DNA from: Camelus dromedarius | Taxonomy: Eukaryota | NCBI RefSeq assembly: GCF_036321535.1 | Contig: NC_087472.1 | Span: 96,536,001 to 96,600,000, forward strand | DNA length: 64,000 nt | Reading direction: 5' to 3' | Part shown: positions 39,861 through 53,333 of the stretch, one piece after another | Position numbering within the stretch: the first letter of the stretch is position 1 | How the letters are laid out: every line of letters begins with the position of its first letter | Made by a program: the position numbers and the translations under genes | The notes under the pieces: model-generated | What the model was told of the DNA's origin: nothing | Databases searched by the model: none | The model's input: only the letters and a program-made list of their open reading frames with translations

Positions 39861-42800
39861 CGGGAGAGAGACCCAGGAAAATGCGGAAGGGTAGATAGGC
39901 CCCCTCCTTCGCCCGGTGTGTACCCCTGGAGCCCCGGTCGGCGCGCTCACGCCCTGCGACCGGGGAGCCCAGTGGCCTCGTTGCGGCGGGGTCTCCGGCG
40001 GCCGGAGTCTCCGTGACAGCGCCCCCCTTCTTTCCACCTCCTCCGCGCTCCCGCCCGCCGCAGCCGCCGCCGCCGCTACACACGCGCCGCTGCCGCCGCC
40101 TTGGCCGTAAAGCCCGCGCGGGGCCGCGGTCCGCCAACCCCGTGGAGAGGCAAGAGGCCCGCACTCGGCCTGGCCGCCCCCCACCATCTCCCGTGGGCCG
40201 CGGCCGCCCCCGGGGCCCTCCCCGGAGACCTACCGCCTCTCCGCGCCGGTCCTGGCCGAGGCGCCTGCTCGAGTTGTTTGCAGGCCCTCAGACCCCCGCC
40301 CGCAGTAAATGTGTTTTCTTCATCCCCGTGGCTGGAGAAGGAGATAAATTTAGCAACCCCCGCCGTCCCCTGCCTTCGCTTAAAAAAAAAAAATCTTTGA
40401 AATAAAATGAAAATAGGTTTGCCAGTCTAAATGGGTGTGTGGGCAAGAGGAGGGGTAGAAGGGTTATCCTAGAGCACCTACAAAACTTTAATTTTTCTTT
40501 TTTAATAAGCGTTCAATCAGAGAACCTAACTGATTTTATTAGTTTGCGGGAAAGAAAATAAGGAATAGGGTTACATTTTGAAACTGGTTTCGCACATTAC
40601 AATGAACAAAAACTTTTAATGTATATTCTCTCTGTGTTTTAGAGTTCGGCAACCTGTGAAATATGTCTTGTGTGACATATTTCACAATATGAATTTTTTT
40701 CGTAAATAATGAATTTTTCACATTCTTTAATAGAGGTGCAATTGGGATATGGACTTTTTTTTTTTTAAGAACTACCCAAACAAGCCTTTTAAAGTTTAAA
40801 AAGAGACAGGAGAGAATGAAAAATATGTATTTGATTAAACAAAGCATTTTTCAACTCCAAAAATGTGTATTTTGCATTTTCGTTAAATTTTTATGTTCTT
40901 TCCATACCGAACTTGGGACCCAAACTATGTTTAAAACTTACTAGTTAAACGTTAAATAATGTCTTTACATTAATCTGGAATCTGATACGCTTTATTTATT
41001 TTTTCAATTCACTAAGTGCTAGTTATTTTTAAGCAGTAAAGAACACAAAAGTTATAAAGCAAGCATACTGGTGTGAAATTTCTTTAAATACAGAGGCCTT
41101 GTATTTTAGTCTCTTGTCATAACTTTCCAAAACTCCCAGAATGCAATTTGTCCTTTCCTTCAGACATCTTAAAATTATAAAATTGCTTTCAAAAAAGAAG
41201 AGCAAAGGTACAGTAAGAAGAAATCTGTGAGAATGTACTTGATGGTAAATTTCCTCTCAAGGCTTTAACTTTGATTTTTTTTAAAGTGATTACATGATAT
41301 GTCTTAATCATTTACAGAAAATTCCATTGGGCTGTGATACAATATTCACAGGTAAATAAAACAGTAATACTTTTTCAAGTAAAAAAAAGTGAGAAATAGC
41401 TTGTATACCCACACTAATATAATCTCAAAATATTGATAACCAGCATTTAAGTACTTTCCAAGGGCCTCCATTTAATGCTATCGCATGTCAAGAATAGGGT
41501 CTCATCAAAAAAAGAAAAAACAACAGAATAGGGTCTCATCAATCATGCAACTGTAAGCAGCATGAACACAACCTAATGTCAGCATTTTTGTTAGTTCTTC
41601 CATAATTACCATCGCATACTTGTAAGTCCACTAGCACTTAAAAAAATGTCAAGGAGCATAAACGAAAAAGATGTTTGCTCAATTTAAAAAACCAGAAGTA
41701 GTTTAGGTATTGATAGTTTTAAAGAGCCTTTGCCATTATTTTTTATACATAAAGAGACTTAAGTTTGACGGGAAACAAGGGTGGCCTAGCTCTATTAATT
41801 ATATTAAATAAACCTTTACTGAAGTCCAACAAAGATTATCCTATAGATGATTGTACAGATGATGAGGTCAGCTATACTTTTTTTTTGAGTTTTTTTAAAA
41901 GAGAAAGTAATTTGTACTTTAAATCCATTTATGGAAGGCTATAAAAACTATATGATAAAAATCATTTTACTGGAAGTACATTTCATAAAAATGTCTCGTG
42001 ATAAAGTGAAGGCACAAAGGAAGTATGAACAGCAGAGATCAGAAATTGTTCGATGTTATACTAAAATATAAAATATATTTAGTGAAAATATTCACAGTAG
42101 AACCTTGAAGGCACCTAAGATCACTGAAAGTATTTGGAAATCAAGCACTGAGTGCTTAAGCACCTTGCACTTAAAGGACCTGCTACAGACTATTTTGCAC
42201 TGATACTTTCGTTCATTGTTTTAGTATTAGGGACCTAGAGAATTCTGGCACAGGGAGTAAAAAGATGTGGTGCTTGCCCTTGGGGAACTTAGGATAAGGA
42301 GGCTGTGTATGGCTAAATACAAACATTCTTAAGTGCTTTCATTTCTCACTTAAACACACAATAAAGTGAAATTTTATTTAGGGAGACTGAGAGCAAAACG
42401 TTTCAAAGGCATTTGCTGTGAATACGAAATAGATGGTTTCAAAGCAGTCAAAGGGATTTTGGTTACGTGCTAAAATTTATTTGTTCCTTCAGAGCTGTTA
42501 ATGTATATCAGATAGTTAAAAGTAACTACTCAAGGTTCTGACAGTGTTTTAGTAACTTAACTAAAACTTCCTGACATGTTTATAGGTCCTTGAGCCAGGA
42601 ATAGTACAAAGTCTTTCAATTATTTTTCCAGAAGAAGAAAAAAAAAGATTATTCAGAAAAGAAGCTGTTAAAAAAAAAAGAAAAAGACGCTGACTTTCAC
42701 TCCCCATCACTGACTGATGGAAATCCAAATAAGAAACAATAAATTATCAGCTTATGAGAAAATATAGACCTTCTTGAATAAAGTTGTAATTCATTATTTT

Positions 42801-43214
42801 ATATCCCAAAGATTAAATAAGATTTGCTTTCCCCTAGAGAGGCCCTGCTTTATTGTACTAAGCATGCCCTATAAAAATTAACCATTTATCTAGTGCTTGA
42901 TACTTGAGTTATTTTATACTTATCTTAACATGAACAAGTTGTATCCTGTTGGAATTCAGCTGGCTGTAATTAATGCTAAGTAAGAATTTTTAATCTGAGT
43001 CTTTAACCACACACCCTCCACAAGGGAAATAATTTTAAAATAAACAGTGACTGACAATTAGGTGGTTTTCACAGTATTTTTCACACGAGTCATCAGTTGA
43101 ATAAGATGTTGTTTAATTCCTGAAAATCAACAATAGTCAAATTCTACCTCATGGATCATAAATCACAGGACACAGCAAACAAATTAGCTCCACAAAAGAG
43201 GTGAAAATCAATAT

Positions 43215-44560
43215 GTGAGCCCTAGAAGCAATATCCAGTAACAATGAGCACCCCAGGTGCCAGTTTGGGACCTCCATACTCAATTTTCCGTTAAAAGGAA
43301 CCAGGGTTTCTGGGAGAAATGACTGATTACTGGGCTGGAGCAGAAAAGTACAAGATGAACCAGGAATATCTCCTCATAACAGAAAGCAAGAAAAGATAAT
43401 GTCAAAATTGACTACCGTGTGTCAAAAGGTCTCAGGAGCCAGTTTAAAGAAGCCCAGTTGCTAAAGATGAAAAATTTGAATGTTAAAAGAATAATCACTA
43501 TGGATCGAAACACATTAAGTATGTTCATAAGTTTATAATGAGGCTTTTAAATATTATCAACTAGTGGTGATGGTTGCACAGCTTTGTCAATACACTAGAA
43601 ACTAGTGAATTGTACACTTTAAAAGGGTGAATTTTATAGGATGTGAATTATATCCTGATTTCTAAAAAATGGTCACCTTTGGAGAATACTAGAGAACCAA
43701 TTCATTATTTTGAAAACTAGCAAAGGGAAAGATCAAGCACTTATCCTGTATGAACTGTACCTCAGGCTAAACAAATAGTTGATAAAGAGAATTTTCTTTT
43801 AATAGAAATATTCCTACTAATACATGAAGAAGGCTTAATAGAATTAGAATATTACCATTTTGCAACCACTAATGAGTCAATGGATCCAAGCAACAATCAT
43901 CAATGGCCGCTCACTAGAATGACCAGATATATGCCTCATGATGGAAGTACAAAATGCACTGGCCAGAAAATCAAACCAGAACCTGATCAACCCTCTAGCT
44001 CCATTTGCCAGTTTACAGAAATACAGGGACAGAGAAATATATCAATGAAACAACAGGGATGCAACAGACAAAATCCAGATGGTGGGAAACACTATGAGAC
44101 AGGCTTTCTTCAACAAATACATTGTCAGAAAAAACAAACAAACAAAAAAACTGAAGGGGAAACCAGAAGCCAATAGATGAGAAAAGACTTAAAAGATATA
44201 GAAGATATAGCAATCAATTGAAGTATATGAACTTTATTTTAATCTTGATTCAAACAAATAAGTATTAAAAATGAGACAACTGGAGAAATGTGAACACTGA
44301 CTGGATTGCTATCAATGCTAAATGGATATATGCTGATATAAACAGATTATTGTTAGTCTGGTTTAGGGGCAAAGATGGTATGATTATATCTTTAAAAAAA
44401 TCCTTCTTTTAGAGATACATTATCAAAACATTTACAGATAAAATGATATGCTATCAGAGATGGCCTTCAAAATAATACGAGATGGGGAGGGCAGAAAAGA
44501 CACTGAGGGAGAAGTGGTGGGGGATATAAATGAAAGAAGACTGGCTAAGCAAATAAACAT
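43215..44560 (+). mobile_element. Ancient LINE-1 3' UTR (L1MC/MD-like)
   Basis: aaaaggaaccaggg..ctgggagaaatg and downstream motifs typical of old L1 3' ends. Confidence 0.65.
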
Positions 44561-45792
44561 AAGAAGAAAAATTTACCTTCAAATTTCAAAGAATCTTTGG
44601 AGTAGGATAAGCATTACAGATACTTGTTGCTTCCTTTTCACTTTTCTGTAGCCCTATAGCAGCACTTATTTTCAAAGCAATTCGCATAGTTAAGCAATAA
44701 AATAAATAAAACCAGACCACAAGTGATTAGGAAAATAGCAATGGTTTTCAAATTTGGAAGAGAACACCTTGCTAAAGATGCAAATTCCTGGGTCTCAATT
44801 CCTAGGAGTTCTGATTTTTTACTAGCTATAGAATCTTGCAGTTTAATAAGGTGCTCAGGTGATACACAAACAAGTGGCCCACACACCAATGATACTTTAA
44901 GAAAACAAGTATATCCTAGTAAATGCCTCTTTGCTCACATTTATCAGACTTTCTCTTGGAGTATAAAGAAGTAAAATTGCTGGATGTGGCATATTTTCAA
45001 TATTACTGTCCAAAATGACTGTACTAGTATACATTCCCTCCAGCAGAAGACAATTCCCAGTTTCCCGGTCCTTGGCCAATTCTTGATGTGCTCATGCTTT
45101 AGATTTCTGCCAAGAACATCACTATCTTGCAGAATGACCTTTCAGCTAGCAACATTTGTTAAAGCAGCTCTTGAAAAATCTTCGACATTTTGAACAAAGA
45201 CTCTTTTAATGATATAATAACTCTTCACCCCAAAATACATTAAATAAATATGCTAAAAGAAGGATAATTCAACATTACAATTTAAAGTAATTACAGGACA
45301 TAAAAATTCTTCGTTAGAGAATCCCATATGGAAAAAATTTGAATTGTGCTCTGTGTTTACATGAACCACAAGTGTTTTTTGATTGTTTTTGCATACAGAC
45401 ATCAAGCAAATAGAAACAAACAGCCCAAATTGAGAACAAAACAGGAAGAAGCATCTGGCAGAAATGTGGAAAGTTTCGTAATTCTCCAAAAGGTGAGGCA
45501 AGCCAAGGACACAGCAGGAATCTGACCTAGTAAAATTCAAGTTTCAATGAAGTGTGAATTGTGCATATAAGACCACTAGTCTCTGGCAGTGGAGCCCCAA
45601 CTTTATGGAAAAACATTACATTAAGGGAAAATTCACATGACAATGAAGTACATAGTGAAAGGTCAGAACATGACAGGATCTGGTCTGGTGTGGGGTTTGG
45701 GAAGTTTTCTGCTGTAAAGAATGACTTCTTGAGTAGACCAAAAATAAAAAAGGATTATGAATAAAAGGGTTAAACTGTGCTTGTGCTCTGGA

Positions 45793-45965
45793 GCAGAGAG
45801 CTTCTCAAATGTTAATGGGCACACTAATCGCCCAGGGGTGTTGTGAAAAAAAAAGCTCCCTCTGCGGCAGTGGGTCCAGGATGGGGCCTGAGATTCTGCA
45901 TTTCCAACAAGCTCCCAGGGGTCTCTGGGATCCTCCCCTGACTGCCTAAGTCTGTCACTGAGGAG
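45793..45965. mobile_element. MER5-like hAT MITE
   Basis: Motifs cttctcaaa...ggggcctgagattctgcatttccaacaagctcccagg. Confidence 0.7.
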
Positions 45966-48707
45966 TATGTGTGGCAGGTACCTGCCAGCACTGCTGCTAG
46001 AAAGACAGTAGCCCTGGGAAAATGGCAGAACCCATTCCTTCGGGAACCCTCCCGGATAAAGGCGCTGGCTTGTGGTGGCCAGGGGCTTTGTCCATCCCCC
46101 TGGGCCTTCTGTGGCCCAGGGCTGGGAGTAGAACAACGAAGGAGTCAACCGCTATTGGGATCAACACTGTCACCCACGTCCACGCCCCCAGGAACTCAGC
46201 ATGCAGAGGTAGAGGAGAGAGAAAATGATGGGAGAGATGACAGATACGGAGAACGGAGAGTGAGCACTGGCACACAGGGACTCGCTGTTCCTAGCCAAGA
46301 GATGCAATGAAAGATCTTAGAAAAAGGTTTTCCTAAACTTAAAGAAGATTTGTATCTGCAGGCTGAAAGAACTTACCACAGTTCAGGGAAAACGAACTAC
46401 CTACACACAGACACATTTGGCAACAAGTTTTAACTACAAGGGGGAAAAACCTACAATCTAATGACAGGAGAAAACAAATCATCATTAATTGAGGGCTTAC
46501 CTTGAGTTCTGCACGCTACTTGGTGCTTTCCCTGAGTTTGCTCATTGAAACCTCATAGCATTCTAACAGAGTGCTGGTGTTGGCCTTTAAGTGGACTGGA
46601 TCCAGAAACTCGGACGATCGTGTCAGGATCCCTCTGCTCTCCAGCTGCCTCAGCTCTCTCATTCCACGTGGGAGCAGGCAGGCTGCCCCAGACGCGGCAC
46701 AGGCAGCTCCAGGCTCACGTTGTCCCAGCTCAGCTACCCCAGGAGGAAGAGAGTCCCTCTTCTGGTTTCACCATAGAAGGACACCCATTGTCTTGTTCTG
46801 CGCTTGCCCTTGGATCCATCACGGTGACCAAGAGGATGGAGTGAGATTATTTGGCCAGGGGCTGAGGGTCTATGTTTAGAAGTCCCACCAGAATTAAAAG
46901 GTTGGAGTAAGAAAAATAGACAAAAGAGAGGAAGGATGGTTTGGCCAACAAAAGCAAAATGTCCACGACAGGGGGGTCTATGAGTTGCCCCACTTTACAG
47001 ATGACAACAGTAAGGATTAGAGGTCAAGTGACTTGCCCAAGGTCACACATCCAGTGTAACTGAAGAGCCAGGATATAAACCAAGGCAGTCTGAGCAGAGC
47101 TCTTAACCACTGTGCTGTAGGCAACAAAGTGAGTTTGGTTTCAGACTTCTCTGCAACATCAGCTCTCAGAAGAAAATGGAGCAACAGTTAGACTTTCTGG
47201 AGAAAAAGACTAACCAAAGATTTCTGTGCTCAAATTATCTTTCACAATAATAGCTAACAAATGTTAACCATACACTGTGTGACAGGCAATGTTCTAAGTT
47301 CTAAGAGGACCTCTGCACTACTGTACCTGAGCTAGGGGAACGGGAGATGGTGGCCCTTTTCTCCCAGAGTGATACTTCTGCTCTACAAGAGGGTATCTGG
47401 CCAGGGATAGTAGCCCCTAGTCTTCCCATCTTGCTTCTCCTGATATGGAACCTTTGCCATGTGAGCAAGCTGGGGCAGGAGTGATCAGGGCCCGGTACTA
47501 CAGCCTACCGCACACGTAGTAGAACCTCTGTCCTACAGTGAAGGCTGGGCAGGGGAAGAGGCCTCCAGTCCTCTGCCCTGCACCTACCTGGATACATCTT
47601 CTGCAACACAGAGCTAGCCGTGAGGAGAGATGCTAATAGCCTGCCCTTCCTGGAGTGAAACCACAGCTCTACACCAGAAGCTGTGAGGAAAGGGAGCCCT
47701 GTCTTCTTAGCTGTATCTTCCAAGAGTAGAGCTTCCATCACACTGAGCTGGGAGGATAGGAAGTAGTTCTTGGCTCAAATGCCACAGACCCCCATTGCTC
47801 TTACTAAGGTTTAGTAGTAGATTTTTCTTGAATGAATGTTTCTCTAGTCACTGTGCATCCTTAGAACAAATTCCAGAGACTTTAAATGATTGGGTTTTTT
47901 AAATAATTTTCATTGTTAAATGGTTATTTCACTGGGGAGCATATCTCCCAAACTCCTCACCCCACCATTTTGAAAGTCTGCTACCTCAATCAGATTTTTT
48001 TTTTTTAAGGAGAAAAATAAGTTTGTTTGGTGATATTATAAACTCATGATTCAAACATATTCAGTGTGTTTCAATCCACTGCAACTAGTTTTAGTGATGC
48101 TCAAATAATCCAACTGTGGCTACTGGGAACTTCTTTAAGTTGGTTCTGGAGTCCTTTTGACATGACCCAAACAGTCAGACAACTTTCTTGCTACTAAAAT
48201 ACTGTGTACATAGCCTTCCCCAGTCACATAGAATGTTTTTGAAAACTTAAAAGTCACAGTTACCAATATCAAAAGGAGTAAATAGGCCTTTCAAAGAAAT
48301 AAAGCAGATAAAAGCAAACACTCAAAAGAGAAAAAAAAAATTTTAATCATAAAGTAAATAAAAAATAAGGAAACATTAAAATGGTATAGAAAAATATGAC
48401 ATGAATAATAAAACAAATGTATTATTGATCACGATAAATATAAATATGAATGGAATCTACTCCCCTATCAAAAATTTAGATTCCCACCAGAATTAATTGG
48501 ATTAAAATTCAATTTTATATTATTTAAATGAAGCACAAAATGAAACAAAAAGATTAATGTAAAGGAAGGGGAAACAAATAAAACAAATGCAATTAAGAGA
48601 AATCAAAGATGAAAATACTTACATTAGTAGAATTTGACATTTTTAAATGACATTAAAATTTATAAAGAAATTTATATGTAGAAGGATAATCAATAATATG
48701 ATTGATA

Positions 48708-51393
48708 TCCTGCAAACAAAAGTCCAGGACCAGATAACTTCACTGGAGTATTCTACAAAACATACAAAGAAGGACTTATACTTATCCTTCTCAAACTATT
48801 CCAAAAAATTGAAGAGGAGAGAATATTCCCAAATTCATTCTATGAAACCGCCATTACTCTGATACCAAAACCGGACAGAGCCACTTTAAAAAAAAAGAAA
48901 ATTACAGGCCAACATCTTTGATGAATATAGACGTAAAAATCCTCAACAAAATATCAGCAAAATGAATCCAACAATGCATAAAAAGGATCATACACCATGA
49001 TCAAGTTAGATTCATTCCAAGGTCACAAGGATGGTTCAATATAAACAAATCAATCAATGTGATACACCACATTAACAAAAGGAAAGACAAAACCCACAGA
49101 ATCAACTCAATAGATGCAGAGAAAGCATTTGACAAAATTCAACATTCATTCATGATTAAAAACTCTCACCAAAATACATATGGAGAGAACATATCTCACA
49201 ACATAATAAAACCAATTTACAGCAAACCCACAGCCAACATAATACTCAATAGCGAAAGGCTGAAAGTCTTCCTGCTAAATTCAAGAACAAGACAAGGCTG
49301 CCCACTCTCACCACTTCTATTCAACATAGTATAGGAAGGCCTAGCCACAGCGGTCAGACCAGAAAAAAATTAAAGTCACACAAATTGGAAGGGAAGAGGT
49401 AAAACTGTCACTATTTGCAGTTGATGTAATACTCTATATAGAGAACCCCTAAATTTCCATGCAGAAACTATTAGAACTAATAAATGAATTCAGCAAGGTA
49501 GCAAGATATAAGATTAATATACAGAAATCTGTTACATTTCTTTGTATTAATAATGAAATATCAGAAAGAGAAAGTTAAAAAAAAACTTGTTTAAAATTGC
49601 ATCAAAAAATAAAATACCTAGGAATAAGCTTAACCAAGGAGGTGAAAGAACTAAACACTGAAAACTATAAAACACTGATAAAAGAAATTGAAGATGATTC
49701 AAAGAAATGGAAAGATACCACATGCTCTTGGATTGGAAGAATTAATATTGTTAAAATGGCCATACTACCCTAAGCAATCTATAGATTTAATGCAACCCCT
49801 ATCAAAATACCCATGACATTTTTTTATATAACACATAATACTACAATTTATATGGAATCACTAAAGGCTCAGAACTACCAAAGCAATCCTGAGGAAAAAG
49901 AACAAAGCTGGAGGCATAACCCTCCCACACTTCAGACTAAACCACAAAGCTACAGTAATTAAACATGGCATCGGCACAAAAACAGTCATATAGATCCATG
50001 GAACAGAGAGCCCAGAAATAAACCCACACATCTATGGTCGATTAATCTATGACAAAGAAGGCAAGAATATATAATGGAGAAAAGACAGTCTCTTCAACAA
50101 GTCGTGTTGGGAAAACTGAACAGCTACAGGTAAATAATGAAATTAGAACACTCCCTCATACCATATACAAAATTAAACTTAAAATGGTTTAAAGACCTAA
50201 ATGTAAGACATTACTTCATGAAACTCCTAGATGAGAACATAGGCAAAAATATTCTCTGACATAAATCCTAGCAATATTTTTTTACATCAGTCTTCCAAGG
50301 CAAAAGAAATTAAAAGCAAAAATAAATAAATGGGACCTAATCAAACTTAAAAGCTTTTGCACAGCTAAGGAAACCATAAACAAAACGAAAAGACAACCTA
50401 TAGAAAGGGGGAAAATATTTGCAAATGATGCGACTGACAAGGGACTAATTTCCAAAATATACAAACAGCTCATAGAGCTGAATATAAAAAAAAAAAGCAA
50501 CCCAATCAAAACATGGGCAGAACACCTAAATAGACATTTCTTCAAAGAAGACATACAGATGGCCAACAGGCATATGAAAAGATACTTAATATTGCAAATT
50601 ATTAGAAAAATGCAAATCACAACCACAATGAGGTACCACCTCACACTGGTCAGAATGGCTATCATCAAAAAGTCTACACATAATAAATCTGGAGAGGGTG
50701 TGGAGAAAAGGGAACCCTTGTACACTATTGGTGGGAATGTAAATAGGTACAGCCATTATGGAAAAAAATATGGAGGTTCCTTAAAAAACTAAAAATGGAG
50801 CTACTATATGATTCAGCAATTCCACTGCTGAGTATGTATCTGGAAAAAACAAAAACTAATTCGAAAAGATACATGCACCCCAATGTTCATAGCAGCAATA
50901 TTTACAATCGTCAAGACATGGAAACATCCAAGTGCCCATCAACAGACGATTGGCTTAAGAAGAGTTGGTATATAGATACACAATGGAGTAAAAAAGAGTG
51001 AAATATTGCCATTTGCATGGCATGGACCTAGAGAATTTTATACTTAGTGAAGTCAGTCAGACAGAAAAAGACAAATACCACTTATATGTGGAATCTAAAA
51101 ATAATACAAAAGAATCTATATATAAAACAAAACCAAACTCACAGACATAAAAAACAAACTTATGGTTACCAAAAGGGGGGTGGGAGGGACAAATTAAGAG
51201 TATGTGATTAAGAGATACAAACTAATACACATAAAATAGGTAAGCAACGAGGATTTACTGTACAGCACAGGAAATTATATTCAGTACCTGTAATAACCTA
51301 TAATGGAAAAAAAGTCTAAAAAAAAACTGAATCACATTGCTGTACACTTGAAATTAATACAGTATTGTAAATCACCTATACTTCAATAAAAAT
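48708..51393 (+). mobile_element. 5'-truncated LINE-1 (ORF2 RT and C-terminal region plus 3' UTR), 2.7 kb, disabled
   Basis: L1 ORF2 peptides ([41 protein letters not shown]) broken by stops and frameshifts. AATAAA end; 16-bp TSD with 2 mismatches at 48692-48707 and 51394-51409. Confidence 0.95.
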
Positions 51394-52054
51394 AAGAATA
51401 TGATTAATAAGTCTTGCTTTTTAATAGCTCCCTGGAAAGAAACATGTATAATAGACAATACACCTTTTTTTCTTAGTACCCATGGAACATTTGTAAAAAT
51501 TGAATAGATAGATATAGCTGCACTAACAGTGGCACTTAAACAGAGCTCAATTGCTAAAGAAGACTCACAAGACCCAAAATGACAAAACTTACAAATGTAT
51601 AGTTTATTACAGGGAAAGGACACACTATCATATAGAGTATGAAAGTCAGAATATACATCACAGAATATGACTCACAGCCGGGGTCTGGAAAGGCCAAGTG
51701 CAGGCTCCTATTTTGTTTTCCCCGCTCTGGTCCTACCAGATGTTCTGCCCTCATCTTGTATCTTCCCTGCCCCAGGCCTAGAATCAGCCATTTCTTCAAG
51801 AAGCCCTGATCCCCTTATTAGAGAATGGTATTTAGAAACAAAAGATCTGAATGCTAAGCGTGCTCACTGCTGCTCAGGTGTCACTGCTTCTAGGCCATCT
51901 CAGCAGTCAGACCCAGGAAATATATCTAAGTATACTACCCTATGTATACAGACATCTATATTTCTGTATCTGTTTACCAACTAGAGTTCAATATTTATGT
52001 AAAGTTATTTTTGTTGGTAGCCCTACATTATCTAGTCAAAATACAGGTTTTCTT

Positions 52055-52575
52055 TTTTTTTAATTGAGGTATAACTGACATACAACATTATGCTAGTTTC
52101 AGGTATGCAACATAATGATTCAATACTTGTATATATTGCAAGATGATGCTCACAGTAAGTCTAGTTAACATCCACCACCATACACAGCTACAGAATTTTT
52201 CTTCTTGTGACGAGAACTTTTAAGACGTACCCTCTTAGCAACTTTCAGTTATACTGTACAGGAGGGGGAGGGAATAGCTCAGTGGTAGAGTGGGTGCTTA
52301 GCATGCACAAGGTCCTGGGTTCAATCCCCAGTATTTCCATTTAAATAAAACAAGTAAAAACCTAACTTCCTCCCCCAAATAAAAAAAAATCAAAGATGAA
52401 AACACATTAGTAGAATCTGACATGAAAAAAAGTTGCCATGCTGTACATTACACCCCCATGACTTATTTATTTATAACTGGAAATTTGTGCCTTTTGACCC
52501 TTCATCCATTTTGCCCACTCCCCACCCCTTACCTGTGGGAACCATCAGTCTGTTCCCTGTATCTATGAGCTTGAA
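52055..52575 (-). mobile_element. LINE-1 3' end with an inserted SINE
   Basis: Poly-T, then aattgaggtataactgacatacaac...; resembles the copy at 29078-29411. Confidence 0.8.
52261..52389 (+). mobile_element. tRNA-Ala-derived SINE (vic-1 type) inside an antisense L1 3' end
   Basis: Head containing A and B boxes, body aacctaacttcctccccc, and a poly-A tail. Confidence 0.9.
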
Positions 52576-52868
52576 GACACTGTTTTTCGAAGTTATTTAG
52601 CATTTTCCCCTATCCTCTTCCATGAAGTTATGTCATCTATTTTTAATACAATTAAATTATTTTGTCATACTCTGCCTTCCATCCTGGGATCACTGACAAC
52701 CAAGGCGCCAAGGTGAATTTTTACAATTTACGTACAGTAGAGTTCATTCTTGGTGGTGTACCAGTCTACAGGTTTTGACAATTGTGTTGTCATGTATCCA
52801 TCACCACCCTTGTGCTCAATCCTTCCTTCTCTCCCAATTCCTCATAATCACTGATATGCTTTTCATCC

Positions 52869-53333
52869 TCCTCTAGACTGAATAGTGATCTGAAAAGATA
52901 CCCATGTCCTAATCTTGACAACAGGCATATGACAAAAGGGATTTGGCAGATGTGATTAAATTAAAGATCTCCTGATTAGGAGATGAGCCTGGATTATCCA
53001 GGTGGGCCTTAAATATAATCACAAGGGTCCTTAAAGAGCACAGCAAGAAAGTCGGAGGTAGTAGGAGACATGAGGATGGAAGCAAGAGGTTGGAGAGATG
53101 TGAGAGAAATCACAAGCTAAGGAATACAGGTGGTCTCCAGAGGCTTGAAAAGTCATGGAAAATGAATTCTCCCCTAGAGCTTCAAGAAGAAACCAGCCCT
53201 ACCACACCTTGACTTTACATAGCCTAGCAAAACTGCTTTTGGATTTACGGCCTCCAGAACTGTAAGAGAATAAGTCTGTGCTGTAAGTCCCCAAGTTTGT
53301 GATGTTTTATAGCAGAAATAGGAAACTAATACA
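52869..53333 (+). mobile_element. MaLR solo LTR (MLT1D-like)
   Basis: Motifs gcagatgtgattaa...ctggattatccaggtgggcc...ttctcccctagag...ggaaactaataca. 5-bp TSD catcc / catct. Confidence 0.85.

Larger units (their letters stand above)
38800..40380. promoter_or_regulatory. ZFX: CpG island / ZFX promoter
   Basis: About 1.6 kb of very GC- and CpG-rich DNA against an AT-rich background, with GC boxes, ETS-like CGGAAG, TGACG repeats and GCC repeats. Confidence 0.95.

Noticed and set aside
38762..40405. Long overlapping ORFs (293, 265, 256 aa and others)
   Set aside because: Artefacts of stop-codon scarcity in the CpG island. They are low-complexity Pro/Arg/Gly/Ala translations on both strands.
48708..51393. 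Active reverse transcriptase or novel RT system
   Set aside because: Ordinary 5'-truncated L1 with multiple stops and frameshifts.
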